Source: a virus (lineage: Duplodnaviria; Caudoviricetes). Taken from it: DNA of 64,000 bases. Below, piece after piece: positions 38,668-48,319 of the stretch. Both the position numbers and the translations under genes were made by a program. The stretch lies in the IMG/VR virus record IMGVR_UViG_3300020156_000026, positions 1,909 to 65,908 of that record. One strand, given 5' to 3'. The stretch's first letter is position 1, and each line of letters opens with the position of its first letter. The notes under the pieces were generated by a model. The model saw only the letters and a program-made list of their open reading frames with translations. It made no database searches and had not been told where the DNA came from.

Positions 38668-40521
38668 TTAGTGAATGTCTGAATAGCGATCACCGAACTG
38701 TACGTCGATGCCCAACTCTCTGTTTAGATTTAGTTCAGTATTAAGTTCTGCAATTGCATCCCGAAGGAGCTTCTCACATGCTTCTCTATGACCCTTCTTA
38801 ACACACAGAACGATTTCATCGTGGAACTGTGCAGTAAGTTGAGGGCGCTTATCAAGTACCTTCTTAACCCATAGATCAAAGACATACGATGCTGTACCTT
38901 GAACAAGAGTAGAGAAGATATCCTTTTCGTATCGGAGGGAATACCACAGCTTAGATACAGGATTGAACAACCACATTTGGTCGCCCCGCATCTTTACCGT
39001 CTGTTCCCCAACTACAGCCTTGATAGCCCAATTGAGTTCCCAATAAGCGTTAAATAGTGCAGTAGCTGCTGTACGATCAATACCACAAGTAATCATCAAA
39101 CGAGGAATACCTGCTCCGTATTGACATGCATAGTTACCGTTCTTTGCAATATCTCTAACTGGCTTGTGCTTCTTATCCCCATTCTTGTATGCTTGAATCT
39201 CTTCTTGTGTCAGCATCTTAGCAATACCAGCGATGATCAGGTGGGGATCGAAGTCCGGCTGGTTCATCGAGTGGACATACTCAGGATCATGTGGAAAAAT
39301 GAAGTGTTGTTTAATACGATCCTCTAGGGAGGCCATATCACTACCACACAACTCATGATCTTCTGGTGCTGTTAGAGCAGATCTGATTGGGTCAGCAAAA
39401 AGCTTACCAACCTTTGGTAGATTAACTACCGTAGTATGTTGAAAACGAAGTGTGTTTGTGAACCCTTTAATCTGAGCCTTAATCCAACCATCCTCTTGAT
39501 CCCTAAGAAATCCCTTAAGGATACCAATCCTATGGCTAAGGACAGACAACCCCTCCAACAATTCAAGAGAGGGTTCTACTTCGTATAGAGCAATGATGGA
39601 AGGACAGATACCCTTACCTTGATCCAAATTGATCTGTGGGATATCTTTTGTTTCACCAGTAGTCTTGTTTTTGGTATGCTTAAATGTCCTAGGTTTCCAT
39701 CCTAGGGAATACAACCAATTCTTAAGCTGGTCTGATGAGTTTGGATTACCATCTTCGTAACCTTTGATGATTTCCACTTCTCCCTCGTAGTCAGGGGGTA
39801 GTCCCTTCTCCGATAGGAGTTTAATCCATTCCATTCCTAGTTTTGAATATGTACCGTCAATATTAATAAATCGTTTTGGACGGGACTTCACTTGAATAGT
39901 AGGAACCTTAGGCATAGCTGCTTGAAGTGCAGTTACCTTTTCTTCCTTAATCTTTTCAAGTTCAGCAAGGGCAGTTCTTGTCTGTTCTACATCAAGCTTC
40001 CATTGACTTTCTTCTTGGAGCCTTGCACAATGCATCTTCAGTGCAAGGTAGTCTAGCAGTCTCCAGATCTCTTCATTGGAGCCATACAAGTCAAGAAGGT
40101 ACTGATACATATCGTTCCAAAGACGGATATTAATTTCCACATCTTCTGAACAACGATGCTCATACTCTTCTTGAGTTTGATTGACCCAATCAGTGATGAC
40201 AGGTTTAGGTCTTCCGTAATATTCACCCCAACTTTCAAGACCATGTCTAGGTCTATTTGGATACAAATACCATGACAAGGCAAGAGTATCCACGAGTTTG
40301 GCTTTGATCTTGATATCCAGAAGCCTCTCAAGAGTTGGAATATCAAATCGGGTGATATTATGCCCGACAAGAATATCCGCCTCCGTGAGAAGCTTCCTCA
40401 TTTTATTGTATTGAGATGTAACGTGTACCTTAGCTGACTTTGGATTACCTGCTGCTAGACAGTGTAGCTTTGTTGGTGTTAGGCTATCACCTTCGCAGTC
40501 AAATACCCAAATCTTAGTCAT
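38668..40521 (-). CDS. polA: Family A DNA polymerase with 3'-5' exonuclease
   Basis: Exo motifs FDCE and GHNITRFD; motif A DMASLEDR; motif B RDIAKNGNYACQYG; motif C HDE. Confidence 0.95.
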   Translation of the reverse strand: MTKIWVFDCEGDSLTPTKLHCLAAGNPKSAKVHVTSQYNKMRKLLTEADILVGHNITRFDIPTLERLLDIKIKAKLVDTLALSWYLYPNRPRHGLESWGEYYGRPKPVITDWVNQTQEEYEHRCSEDVEINIRLWNDMYQYLLDLYGSNEEIWRLLDYLALKMHCARLQEESQWKLDVEQTRTALAELEKIKEEKVTALQAAMPKVPTIQVKSRPKRFINIDGTYSKLGMEWIKLLSEKGLPPDYEGEVEIIKGYEDGNPNSSDQLKNWLYSLGWKPRTFKHTKNKTTGETKDIPQINLDQGKGICPSIIALYEVEPSLELLEGLSVLSHRIGILKGFLRDQEDGWIKAQIKGFTNTLRFQHTTVVNLPKVGKLFADPIRSALTAPEDHELCGSDMASLEDRIKQHFIFPHDPEYVHSMNQPDFDPHLIIAGIAKMLTQEEIQAYKNGDKKHKPVRDIAKNGNYACQYGAGIPRLMITCGIDRTAATALFNAYWELNWAIKAVVGEQTVKMRGDQMWLFNPVSKLWYSLRYEKDIFSTLVQGTASYVFDLWVKKVLDKRPQLTAQFHDEIVLCVKKGHREACEKLLRDAIAELNTELNLNRELGIDVQFGDRYSDIH

Positions 40522-40623
40522 TATCCCTTTCTTCTGAACGTTCGTGATACAACACGAGTTCCTTACCTATAAAGTATCCTCCAATAACTCCTGCTGCCAA
40601 CAGGAAACCCCAAGCGAGTTCTA

Positions 40624-41775
40624 TCATTCGGATAGCAGCCGTTCGAAGACAGAAGGCTCGTCCTTCTTGACAGACTTACGAAGCAAGATTGAACCCTTCT
40701 CACTTTGGAAGAAGAACTGACCATAAGCCATACGCTTTAGATCAGTACTACGGAAGAAGACTTCCTTGTAGCTATCAGAATTAAACTCTTCGTAACTCTC
40801 ATCGTCGTCGTCATTATCAGAAATGACAGTCTTTTTGGCAAGCTGGTCACGCACCGCCTTTATCTTATCCCCTGATTCCACCTTTTCCTTTGAAAGGAAC
40901 AAGTGAACACCTTCAGTCGGGTAGAAGGAAACCTTCTTCTGATCTACCTTCCAACCTTCTGCCATTTCAGGCAGGTCAACCTCAAGGATATCAGCAGTAA
41001 TTGCACCACCATCAGATTTAACGTTCAGGTACTTAAGTACTTCACTGATCGGTTCATCATAACGGTTCATTTCTTCCACGATAGCCTTAAGCATATCGAA
41101 GTTGAAACGTAGGAAGTTCATAGAGAACGTTACGACACTATCGATCCGACCCTTGTTATTCAGACGATCTTCACAATACTCACGAACGAAGCTTTCTTCC
41201 AGACCTTCATACTTGAACGAATAGTAGAAGCGACCGGGACGATTCTTCATAAAGTCATTAACAAGCATGTAATTGTTTAGAGTGATCACAAACAGCTTCT
41301 TATTGCTGTACGTACCATCCAACAAGGTGAGCAGTCGATTCTGTGCATCCTTATCGTAGTTCTTTTCGAACTCATCAAAGATGATAAGACAAGGTTGATC
41401 AATGGCACTGATAAAGTTATTGAAAGCATCACCAGAGTAGCCAGAGTTCACAAGAAGGGTGAGGACACCAGCAGGACGTAGCTTATCCGAAAGGAGCTTT
41501 GCAAGCATAGTCTTCCCGGAGCCCTTCTCACCCTGAAGGATGATACCAGTGGAACCTGCACGATCATTGAAAGTGTCGATTACACGGTTGGCACGTTGGT
41601 TTGCTTCACCATATACCTTGAAGTCAATTACCTGATCCTGAACACGTTCAAGGAAGAAACCACGCTTCATGTCGAATTGGACGAGATAAGTTCCAATAGG
41701 AAGTTCTCGTCGAATATCAATGTTCTCTTCGTTGGTGATATCGAAGGAGTTACCACTTTTAAGGTAGAAAGTCAT
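40624..41775 (-). CDS. AAA+ ATPase
   Basis: GEKGSGKT, IIFDEFEK and RPGRF motifs. Confidence 0.88.
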   Translation of the reverse strand: MTFYLKSGNSFDITNEENIDIRRELPIGTYLVQFDMKRGFFLERVQDQVIDFKVYGEANQRANRVIDTFNDRAGSTGIILQGEKGSGKTMLAKLLSDKLRPAGVLTLLVNSGYSGDAFNNFISAIDQPCLIIFDEFEKNYDKDAQNRLLTLLDGTYSNKKLFVITLNNYMLVNDFMKNRPGRFYYSFKYEGLEESFVREYCEDRLNNKGRIDSVVTFSMNFLRFNFDMLKAIVEEMNRYDEPISEVLKYLNVKSDGGAITADILEVDLPEMAEGWKVDQKKVSFYPTEGVHLFLSKEKVESGDKIKAVRDQLAKKTVISDNDDDDESYEEFNSDSYKEVFFRSTDLKRMAYGQFFFQSEKGSILLRKSVKKDEPSVFERLLSE

Positions 41776-41951
41776 TAAAGTACCCTTTGGGTTTCGTGTG
41801 TCGAATAAACGTTTAGAATATCTTGTGTGTTGAACGTATCCTTCTTAGGCTTTCGTCCAATGTACTTGATCTTATTGTGCTTCAAATATTCATCTTTAAG
41901 TGCCTGAAGTTCTTCAGTATTCAATCTAATTTCCTAATGTCTATATGTATA

Positions 41952-41980
41952 ATTATACCATGTATATGGCAGGCGGTCAA
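41952..41980 (-). promoter_or_regulatory. Sigma70 promoter upstream of the AAA ATPase/polymerase genes
   Basis: TTGACC-17 nt-TATAAT with TGG extension. Confidence 0.8.
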
Positions 41981-42106
41981 TACTTATTTATAACATTCTC
42001 CAAAGACCTTCACCCGGAGGCTATGGAGTTCCACAACCAGCCATACCAACTGCTAGTACTGCAAGACATAGCATCATTAACCAAAATGCTACCTTTTTAT
42101 CAGCCA

Positions 42107-42427
42107 TTAGTATCCAAGCTCTCTTTTAAGTTTGAAAAACTCTTCTTCTTTCTTACGACGTGCAACATTTTTTTGTTTTTGCTCTTCTTCGTATTTGCGT
42201 TGAGCTTCTTCTAGCTTAAGGCGCTGTTGATATTCCTCGTCAGTCTCTTCCTCATAGTAAGAAACTTCATATGAGACATCTTCATACCCAGTCCACTCAT
42301 CTTCTAAAAATAATTCTTTTCCTGGATACTTTTCTTTGATTTGATTAAGATACTTGATTACCTCGTCAACCGCGTCAAAGATAGTTGGAGAATAATCTAC
42401 AATCCTCCGCTTTTGCTGTTTTGTCAC
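42107..42427 (-). CDS. Hypothetical coiled-coil protein
   Basis: EETDEEYQQR; GTGA overlap with the primase-helicase stop. Confidence 0.65.
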   Translation of the reverse strand: MTKQQKRRIVDYSPTIFDAVDEVIKYLNQIKEKYPGKELFLEDEWTGYEDVSYEVSYYEEETDEEYQQRLKLEEAQRKYEEEQKQKNVARRKKEEEFFKLKRELGY

Positions 42428-43971
42428 AATTCCAACCCTTTTGTTCTTGGATCAATAAGCATAAGTTTTTCCTCGTCATAAAGGCCATAACCGGCAGGAC
42501 CTTCCTTGGCCCCAATTAGTCGTGCCTTCTCCACAAGGATCATAGTCTTTAGTCGTTCAGTAGGGTCTTCAGAAGTCTTGTTACGAGCAAGAGAGATAAC
42601 CGTGTTGGCTACCTTAGTGATATTACGAGAACCTCGTGTAAGGCCATCGTCGTTAACGTGAGAGATCATCACAAGGCAGAATCCCAACTCTTTTGCAAGC
42701 ATCTTCAGTGCCTGAGAGATACGATCCAACCTCTTACGTTCATCATCACCCTTCTCTGCGTTGCCAGTAGCAAGCCATGAGATATGGTCGAAGAAGATTA
42801 CTTGTGCACCACAAGCAGCAACCATAAAGCGCATGTTGTTAATGAAGGCATCTTCGTCCTCAACATCAAAGGAAGAGTGGAGAACAAAACGGTTCTCGTC
42901 ATCACCCATGATCTTTTGGAGGATATCAACGACTTCATCATCTTCTACATTACTCTCGGGGTGTAGGATTGGTTGTTCAACAAAATAACCAGCCATTGCC
43001 CTAAGAGTAGTCCCATTGTCTTCTTCCAGATGGATAAGACCAACAGGATGCTTGGTAGTTTTCAGAACGTGGTTTTCAAGAGCCCTAAAGAATTCCGTCT
43101 TACCCACACCTTCAGGTGCCTTAATAACTACAACCTCTGCCCTATGCAGACCAAACAACATAGACTGCAACTGTTCAAAGGGGTAGTCAGCAAGTTTCTC
43201 TTCTCGTCTATTCTTTAGAGCTTGACGAAACTCAGACATAGTAGATAGAAGATTATCAGGTGTATACCTTCGTACTCCCTTCCAAGCATCATAATACTCT
43301 TTCCCCATATCCTTTTGAAGATATGAGTTGGCATCTTTGTCCTTATGGAGACATAGGTTAAATACCTTCTTAAAATCAAAGAGTGAAGCTACTTTCTTAG
43401 CAGCCTCTTGTCCTGCTTCATCATTGTCGAAATTGATAATGATCTTGTCGAAAGAGTTGATGTAATCATGCTCTGCAATACAATCAGCTTTGGCTGATGA
43501 AGAACTACGAACAGAGACAGCAGCAGTTTCATCACCTACCATTTGCAGGACAGAAGCAGCATCATATTCACCCTCGGTGATGGTAATAGCCTTTCGACTA
43601 CCTTTATCAAAGAGGTTCTTCCCAAACAAGGAAGCATCCTTCATGGGACCTTGGGTACGGAATTTCTTCTCTGCTAGGTTCCTGATCTTGATGGACCCAT
43701 TCGGATAGAAGAACGCAGTCTCAATAGGGGTTCCCTCATAGAACTTCGTCTGGATATTGAAACGCTCCAGAGTTCTTTTGTTGAGTCCACGGTGGGGGTA
43801 CGTTTCCGTGGTGAACTTGCTCTTATCCCACTCTTCTTCTTTCTCATTTACAAATAGCTTTCCCCCGCACTTGCCAGAGAAACAAAAGCCCTTACCTGCA
43901 TCATCAATGGCGTAGGCATCACTAGAGTTTCCACAAGGGCAGGGTAATCCTGTTTTAACAAAATTGCCCAA
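42424..43971 (-). CDS. Primase-helicase (T7 gp4-like)
   Basis: Zn finger CPC...CFSGKC; TOPRIM EGEYDA and DND; Walker A APEGVGKT; FFDHI. Confidence 0.93.
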   Translation of the reverse strand: MGNFVKTGLPCPCGNSSDAYAIDDAGKGFCFSGKCGGKLFVNEKEEEWDKSKFTTETYPHRGLNKRTLERFNIQTKFYEGTPIETAFFYPNGSIKIRNLAEKKFRTQGPMKDASLFGKNLFDKGSRKAITITEGEYDAASVLQMVGDETAAVSVRSSSSAKADCIAEHDYINSFDKIIINFDNDEAGQEAAKKVASLFDFKKVFNLCLHKDKDANSYLQKDMGKEYYDAWKGVRRYTPDNLLSTMSEFRQALKNRREEKLADYPFEQLQSMLFGLHRAEVVVIKAPEGVGKTEFFRALENHVLKTTKHPVGLIHLEEDNGTTLRAMAGYFVEQPILHPESNVEDDEVVDILQKIMGDDENRFVLHSSFDVEDEDAFINNMRFMVAACGAQVIFFDHISWLATGNAEKGDDERKRLDRISQALKMLAKELGFCLVMISHVNDDGLTRGSRNITKVANTVISLARNKTSEDPTERLKTMILVEKARLIGAKEGPAGYGLYDEEKLMLIDPRTKGLEL

Positions 43972-44162
43972 ATCTAATCCTTAATTAATTCACCTTAAAA
44001 TACTTTGGATACTTATGTAGACTCTTTAAATGATTACAATACAAAATTGCATCGTTATATGTAGTGTGTCGTCTGTCATTACCACACCAATCAGTCTCAT
44101 TCTCCCACCAAGGCCACCATTTTCGTTTATACTGGACAATAAAGGTGTAAGAATTCTCTTGC

Positions 44163-44447
44163 TTAATTCTGTACTTCATCTTCATCCTGATCCATATAGG
44201 CATAATCACGCCTTTGGTCTTCAATCACTTCTTCACAATCAATACAGATATGATGAGAAGGATCATTGGGATCGTACGTGAAGGATAGATTACTTTCATA
44301 ATCCCCTAGATTAGTCTCAATGGACTCGTTATCCACCTTATTGCAGATGGAACATCTATGGGAACCTCCCGACAACATCGTCTTAGACTTATTAAGTGTA
44401 CTAAGGAATGTCGGAAGGTCTGACTTCTTGTTCTGTTTCTGTGTCAT
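44163..44447 (-). CDS. Small Zn-finger-like protein
   Basis: CSIC...CIDC pairs. Confidence 0.65.
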   Translation of the reverse strand: MTQKQNKKSDLPTFLSTLNKSKTMLSGGSHRCSICNKVDNESIETNLGDYESNLSFTYDPNDPSHHICIDCEEVIEDQRRDYAYMDQDEDEVQN

Positions 44448-44454
44448 TAGTATA

Positions 44455-44484
44455 ATTGTACCATGTTTTAAAAGGGTTTGTCAA
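44455..44484 (-). promoter_or_regulatory. Sigma70 promoter upstream of the primase-helicase operon
   Basis: TTGACA-18 nt-TACAAT with TGG extension. Confidence 0.7.
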
Positions 44485-44569
44485 TATGCATTACAAAGAA
44501 AATTTATAATTATGTAAGCTTCGCTGACATTACAGTGTCAACGTAGTTGTACACAACCTTTGGACGGGC

Positions 44570-44833
44570 TCAAATGTCATCATCTGCGTCACCTGATTGT
44601 TCAGGATCATATGTTTTGTATGCAGAAATGAAACGATTTGCTCGGAATGGAGTATCCATAGTATCAAATCTGTGAATACCAAATAGCCTTACACATAAAT
44701 TATTTTGTCCTGTGTAGTGATCAACAAAGTGTCCTAACCACCTTATTTGATATATTTGATCTTCGATCAACTCATCCTTAATTCCAGAGTTGTCGATACA
44801 AGTAATCCAATCCCCGATCTTAAATGTCGTCAT
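44570..44833 (-). CDS. Tagged small protein 1 (ends YDPEQSGDADDDI)
   Basis: FKIGDW start plus the conserved C-terminal tag. Confidence 0.8.
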   Translation of the reverse strand: MTTFKIGDWITCIDNSGIKDELIEDQIYQIRWLGHFVDHYTGQNNLCVRLFGIHRFDTMDTPFRANRFISAYKTYDPEQSGDADDDI

Positions 44834-45074
44834 CTGTGTCACCATTTTGTTCAGGTGAGTATTCGACAGTTACATGAGTGATATCACGCTGGAAAACGTA
44901 TACATCTTGACTCCAAGTGGTGATATCATCTCTTTTAACATTAAAGATATTAAACTCAGGATTTGATTTTCTCTCTTCAACCAAATCAGTTATCACACCA
45001 AATACAGGGGGAGTACTATTGGGCCAACTGCTTGGATGCCATCTGATCCAATCTCCAACTTTAAATGTCCTCAT
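44820..45074 (-). CDS. Tagged small protein 2 (ends YSPEQNGDTDDDI)
   Basis: FKVGDW start plus tag. Confidence 0.8.
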   Translation of the reverse strand: MRTFKVGDWIRWHPSSWPNSTPPVFGVITDLVEERKSNPEFNIFNVKRDDITTWSQDVYVFQRDITHVTVEYSPEQNGDTDDDI

Positions 45075-45522
45075 CAGTATCCCCATTCTGTTCAGGTGAA
45101 TAGGATTTGACACTTATTTTAAGAAACTCCTTCTTAACCCACCTACCAGAAGTCTCAATCATTTTAGTGGTTGTTCCATCCCAATCATTCTCTTCTTCTT
45201 GAAAATATTCAGGAAGATAAGTAGTGGAAGAGTATCCACCATCGTCAGCGAATTGAATTCGTTGAGGTTTCTGCCATTCAAAAGCCTTCTTCGGAGGTTT
45301 TCCGTTTGTGTCGTAATATTCAAAGTGTTGAAGATAAACACCGTATATCTTATTACGGAAAGTGACCTCTTCATCCGTATCTTCGTCGTACTTATAGTCT
45401 TCAAAATCATTGATAGCAACTACAATACCACGTCCACGGCATTTAAGATTTTTCTTGTCAAGGCGGTGAAACTCTTCAAATTCTACGAAAGTTCCGAGGG
45501 GGAATTCTTCAAATGTCGTCAT
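45061..45522 (-). CDS. Tagged small protein 3 (ends YSPEQNGDTDEDI)
   Basis: Tag; starts inside the upstream gene's tag. Confidence 0.8.
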   Translation of the reverse strand: MTTFEEFPLGTFVEFEEFHRLDKKNLKCRGRGIVVAINDFEDYKYDEDTDEEVTFRNKIYGVYLQHFEYYDTNGKPPKKAFEWQKPQRIQFADDGGYSSTTYLPEYFQEEENDWDGTTTKMIETSGRWVKKEFLKISVKSYSPEQNGDTDEDI

Positions 45523-45832
45523 CCTCATCTCCGGGCTGATCTTTATAATATTGTACAGGATCAAATAGTGATTTTACTCGATCACAATCGACCCTAAAAG
45601 AAGGGTTAAATTTGAATGCATTATCCACTTCTCGCCTTAACGAGTATTCTCTAACAGGAAATGGACGGTTGAAAATATCATTCAAAAAGATATTCCAAGT
45701 TGAGTAATCGTGGTAATGACATATAACTCGGTAAATAATATCTGATCGACCATCAACTATCACTTTAGTGTGTAGTGGATATACTACAGGCTTCTTTTTC
45801 TTCTTAAATATCTTCATCATTAGCTCCGCCAA
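45509..45832 (-). CDS. Tagged small protein 4 (ends YYKDQPGDEDDDI)
   Basis: Variant tag. Confidence 0.75.
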   Translation of the reverse strand: MAELMMKIFKKKKKPVVYPLHTKVIVDGRSDIIYRVICHYHDYSTWNIFLNDIFNRPFPVREYSLRREVDNAFKFNPSFRVDCDRVKSLFDPVQYYKDQPGDEDDDI

Positions 45833-45844
45833 TTCCAGATGCGA

Positions 45845-46150
45845 CTAGATGTCGTCATCAGTATCCCCATTCTGTGATGGGTCATAAGCCCTAATACCCG
45901 GTAGAAGATTTCGACTGCGTCTAGGGACAAGAACACTTTGCGGACAATGTTGACTTGCTCCACCCAGTCCTTGTCTATAAATATGACGGCCACAAGTCCA
46001 GTGGTATCTGGAAGAGCAATCATCATCAACTTTTACAACCCAATCACCGTCATTATACCAATACGTACCTACGATTTCACCCGTAATCTTATAGGCCTTT
46101 CCGTGATTACGGTTTGTATATTGGATGCGATCTCCAATTTGAAATGCCAT
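45845..46150 (-). CDS. Tagged small protein 5 (ends YDPSQNGDTDDDI)
   Basis: FQIGDR start; GAGG RBS; tag. Confidence 0.8.
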   Translation of the reverse strand: MAFQIGDRIQYTNRNHGKAYKITGEIVGTYWYNDGDWVVKVDDDCSSRYHWTCGRHIYRQGLGGASQHCPQSVLVPRRSRNLLPGIRAYDPSQNGDTDDDI

Positions 46151-46164
46151 TTCTTATATACCTC

Positions 46165-46761
46165 TTAAAAATAGTAGGCTTCTAAACCACTTGGATATCG
46201 AATTCTGCTTGCATTTTCAGACCTATCGCCATAGAGGGCTTGATCCATATAAAAATTTATATCGACCGTGTACATCCATGCCTTGACATGTTTGCCCTTT
46301 GCTTGTTGATCAAAGTCAACGAAATGAAGCTCACGATTAACACCTTGAGTGTTACCTTCATGCTTATCAATCTTAGTCAACAAACGAAGAGGGACACCAT
46401 AGATATCTCCCTCTACTGCACGAAGATCATTTTCAGAGAACACATGGTTAATATCTCTCCAAAGACTTCTGTCCTTCTTGGGAAGTTGGAACAGGAGAGG
46501 TTCAGGACGAGAACCAAACCCCGGCTCATACTCCAACGTCTTCATGATGAAGTCATCTTTCCAAGAGATGCCCTTACCATACCAGTTAGCACCTTCAAGA
46601 AGATGATTTTGTGCATGAGCCCTCCTTAGATTGCCAGTAACAAAGATAATGAACTCATCTGTGTTACATCTATTCAAATCTTGGAAATCAGGGGTGTACT
46701 CATTACACCGTTCAAGTACTTCCCAAGGATTGTAATCAAGCGGCTTCCGCGATACGGCCAT
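46165..46761 (-). CDS. Divergent gamma-glutamyl cyclotransferase (AIG2-like)
   Basis: IFVTGNLRR, VEGDIYGV, IDKHEG and AWMY motifs; start moved to MAVSRK. Confidence 0.65.
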   Translation of the reverse strand: MAVSRKPLDYNPWEVLERCNEYTPDFQDLNRCNTDEFIIFVTGNLRRAHAQNHLLEGANWYGKGISWKDDFIMKTLEYEPGFGSRPEPLLFQLPKKDRSLWRDINHVFSENDLRAVEGDIYGVPLRLLTKIDKHEGNTQGVNRELHFVDFDQQAKGKHVKAWMYTVDINFYMDQALYGDRSENASRIRYPSGLEAYYF

Positions 46762-47800
46762 TCTTATCTTCCTTTGCGATCTGTTGCAGACGTGCCTGTG
46801 CCTTATCCTTCGTCTTCTGAAGGAAAGCAATATGAACAGACTGCTTCTTGATAACTTCAGCCATATGCTGGATCAATGCACCAGCAGTGAACTCACCCTC
46901 ATTGGCAATCCAACTGCACCATTCGTCATAGGTCAAGGCGGAGAACTTGGCCACGTCTTTAGGGTCGTCCAAATCCCAACGATCCACAACATCAGTAACC
47001 GCCTTAAGGATACGGGGGTCCTTCGACGTATTGGCACCGTTCCACACCTTGAGCGGACTAGTGGAGGTAGTATTCCCCCCTGTATTCCCTCCAGTGTTCG
47101 AAGAGTGGAGAAAAGGGGCATTCTTCCGATCTTCCGCCTCCTTTGCCTTACGAGCCTCTTCACGACGATTGTGTTCAGGCCCACGACTTACCCTTGTAAT
47201 ATATTCAGTCGTAGAGATCCAAATCTTAGGGGCATTTTCATCGTCTTGCTTGTATTCAGACCAGCCTGACCCAAACCGCATGACAGGAAGGTCATCAGCA
47301 ATCAGAAGACCCTTCGAGTTGTATGTCCAATGCTTCTCAAGAATAAGCTTCCAGAACTCAGCATCGGTGTAATCACCCCGACCATGTTCCCCTTCCCAAC
47401 GAAGAAGTCCCGGCTGAAGGATCTTTTCACAGAACTCAAGGGTATCTGATTTCCCTTCGGTCCCATATGTACCGTAACTGGACAATGTACCGTTGTGGCA
47501 GAACCAAACATTACGCTTACTAGAGTTATAAGCATTGAACGGTTGGGTGTTCTGCTCACTCGTCCCACCCCTAGTGCTATAACGGACGTGAAGAACACGT
47601 TCAATGTCCTTATTAGCTTCAAGGAGAGTCCAGATTTCTTCGGGATCATTACCCTTTTCATCCAACTTCTTAATCACTTGAATCCGTCCATTCCCGTCTT
47701 TCAGGATCAAACCATAGCCATGCCAATTATTCCAAACGGCATTGTACAAATGGTCCTTGTCGGGCATAGCACCAGGGGTGAAGTGGAAAATCGTGCACAA
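46736..47800 (-). CDS. Class II (Ntn) glutamine amidotransferase
   Basis: N-terminal Cys; HGYG, HVRYST, QPF, HNG and SDT motifs. Confidence 0.88.
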   Translation of the reverse strand: MCTIFHFTPGAMPDKDHLYNAVWNNWHGYGLILKDGNGRIQVIKKLDEKGNDPEEIWTLLEANKDIERVLHVRYSTRGGTSEQNTQPFNAYNSSKRNVWFCHNGTLSSYGTYGTEGKSDTLEFCEKILQPGLLRWEGEHGRGDYTDAEFWKLILEKHWTYNSKGLLIADDLPVMRFGSGWSEYKQDDENAPKIWISTTEYITRVSRGPEHNRREEARKAKEAEDRKNAPFLHSSNTGGNTGGNTTSTSPLKVWNGANTSKDPRILKAVTDVVDRWDLDDPKDVAKFSALTYDEWCSWIANEGEFTAGALIQHMAEVIKKQSVHIAFLQKTKDKAQARLQQIAKEDKNGRIAEAA

Positions 47801-47829
47801 ATTACTATTCCTTGTGTCTGTTAAAGTGT

Positions 47830-48069
47830 CTAAATGTCTTCATCAGTATCACCCGACTGTTCAGGTGAATACTTGACAATAATTCGTTCGAGTGCATTGG
47901 GTTCAACTAGCCAGTCAAAATCATGTTCTCTAGCTCGGTCATCCCTTACTCTTACAGCAGTCTTACCCTCCATTCCAGTGACTATAACTATATCACCAGT
48001 TTTCAATGGTGCCGATGAGGGACGATCTTCAATAACCCTTACTTGTTCACCAGGTTCAAATATCTTCAT
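47830..48069 (-). CDS. Tagged small protein 6 (ends YSPEQSGDTDEDI)
   Basis: FEPGEQVRV SH3/KOW-like start plus tag. Confidence 0.8.
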   Translation of the reverse strand: MKIFEPGEQVRVIEDRPSSAPLKTGDIVIVTGMEGKTAVRVRDDRAREHDFDWLVEPNALERIIVKYSPEQSGDTDEDI

Positions 48070-48319
48070 CTATGTCACCATTCTGATCAGGTGAATAAGG
48101 TTTGATTACCTGATGGGGTTTCCACCATTGTTCATCACTATTCCAATGCTGAAGTTTTCCAACTGGATAAGAATTGGGCGCATTAGTCTCGATACATTCA
48201 CCCCATGCGGGATATAAAGAATGTTTATGAAACTTTACGATAATAATGGTGGAGCCTTTGTTAGCCCCAGGAGCTGGAGTATCACTCCCTCCCCCACACC
48301 ATTTGTAGATACCTTCCAC
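48056..48319 (-). CDS. Tagged small protein 7 (ends YSPDQNGDIDEDI)
   Basis: Tag; coupled to the ATP-grasp stop codon. Confidence 0.75.
   Translation of the reverse strand: MEGIYKWCGGGSDTPAPGANKGSTIIIVKFHKHSLYPAWGECIETNAPNSYPVGKLQHWNSDEQWWKPHQVIKPYSPDQNGDIDEDI

Noticed and set aside
37918-38682. 254 aa plus-strand ORF (also 54698..55477 and 48634..49254)
   Set aside because: Antisense to well-supported genes; composition not protein-like.
29650-40521. Introns or inteins in RNR or DNA polymerase, given nearby HNH-like genes
   Set aside because: Both ORFs are continuous, of normal length, and lack intein motifs.
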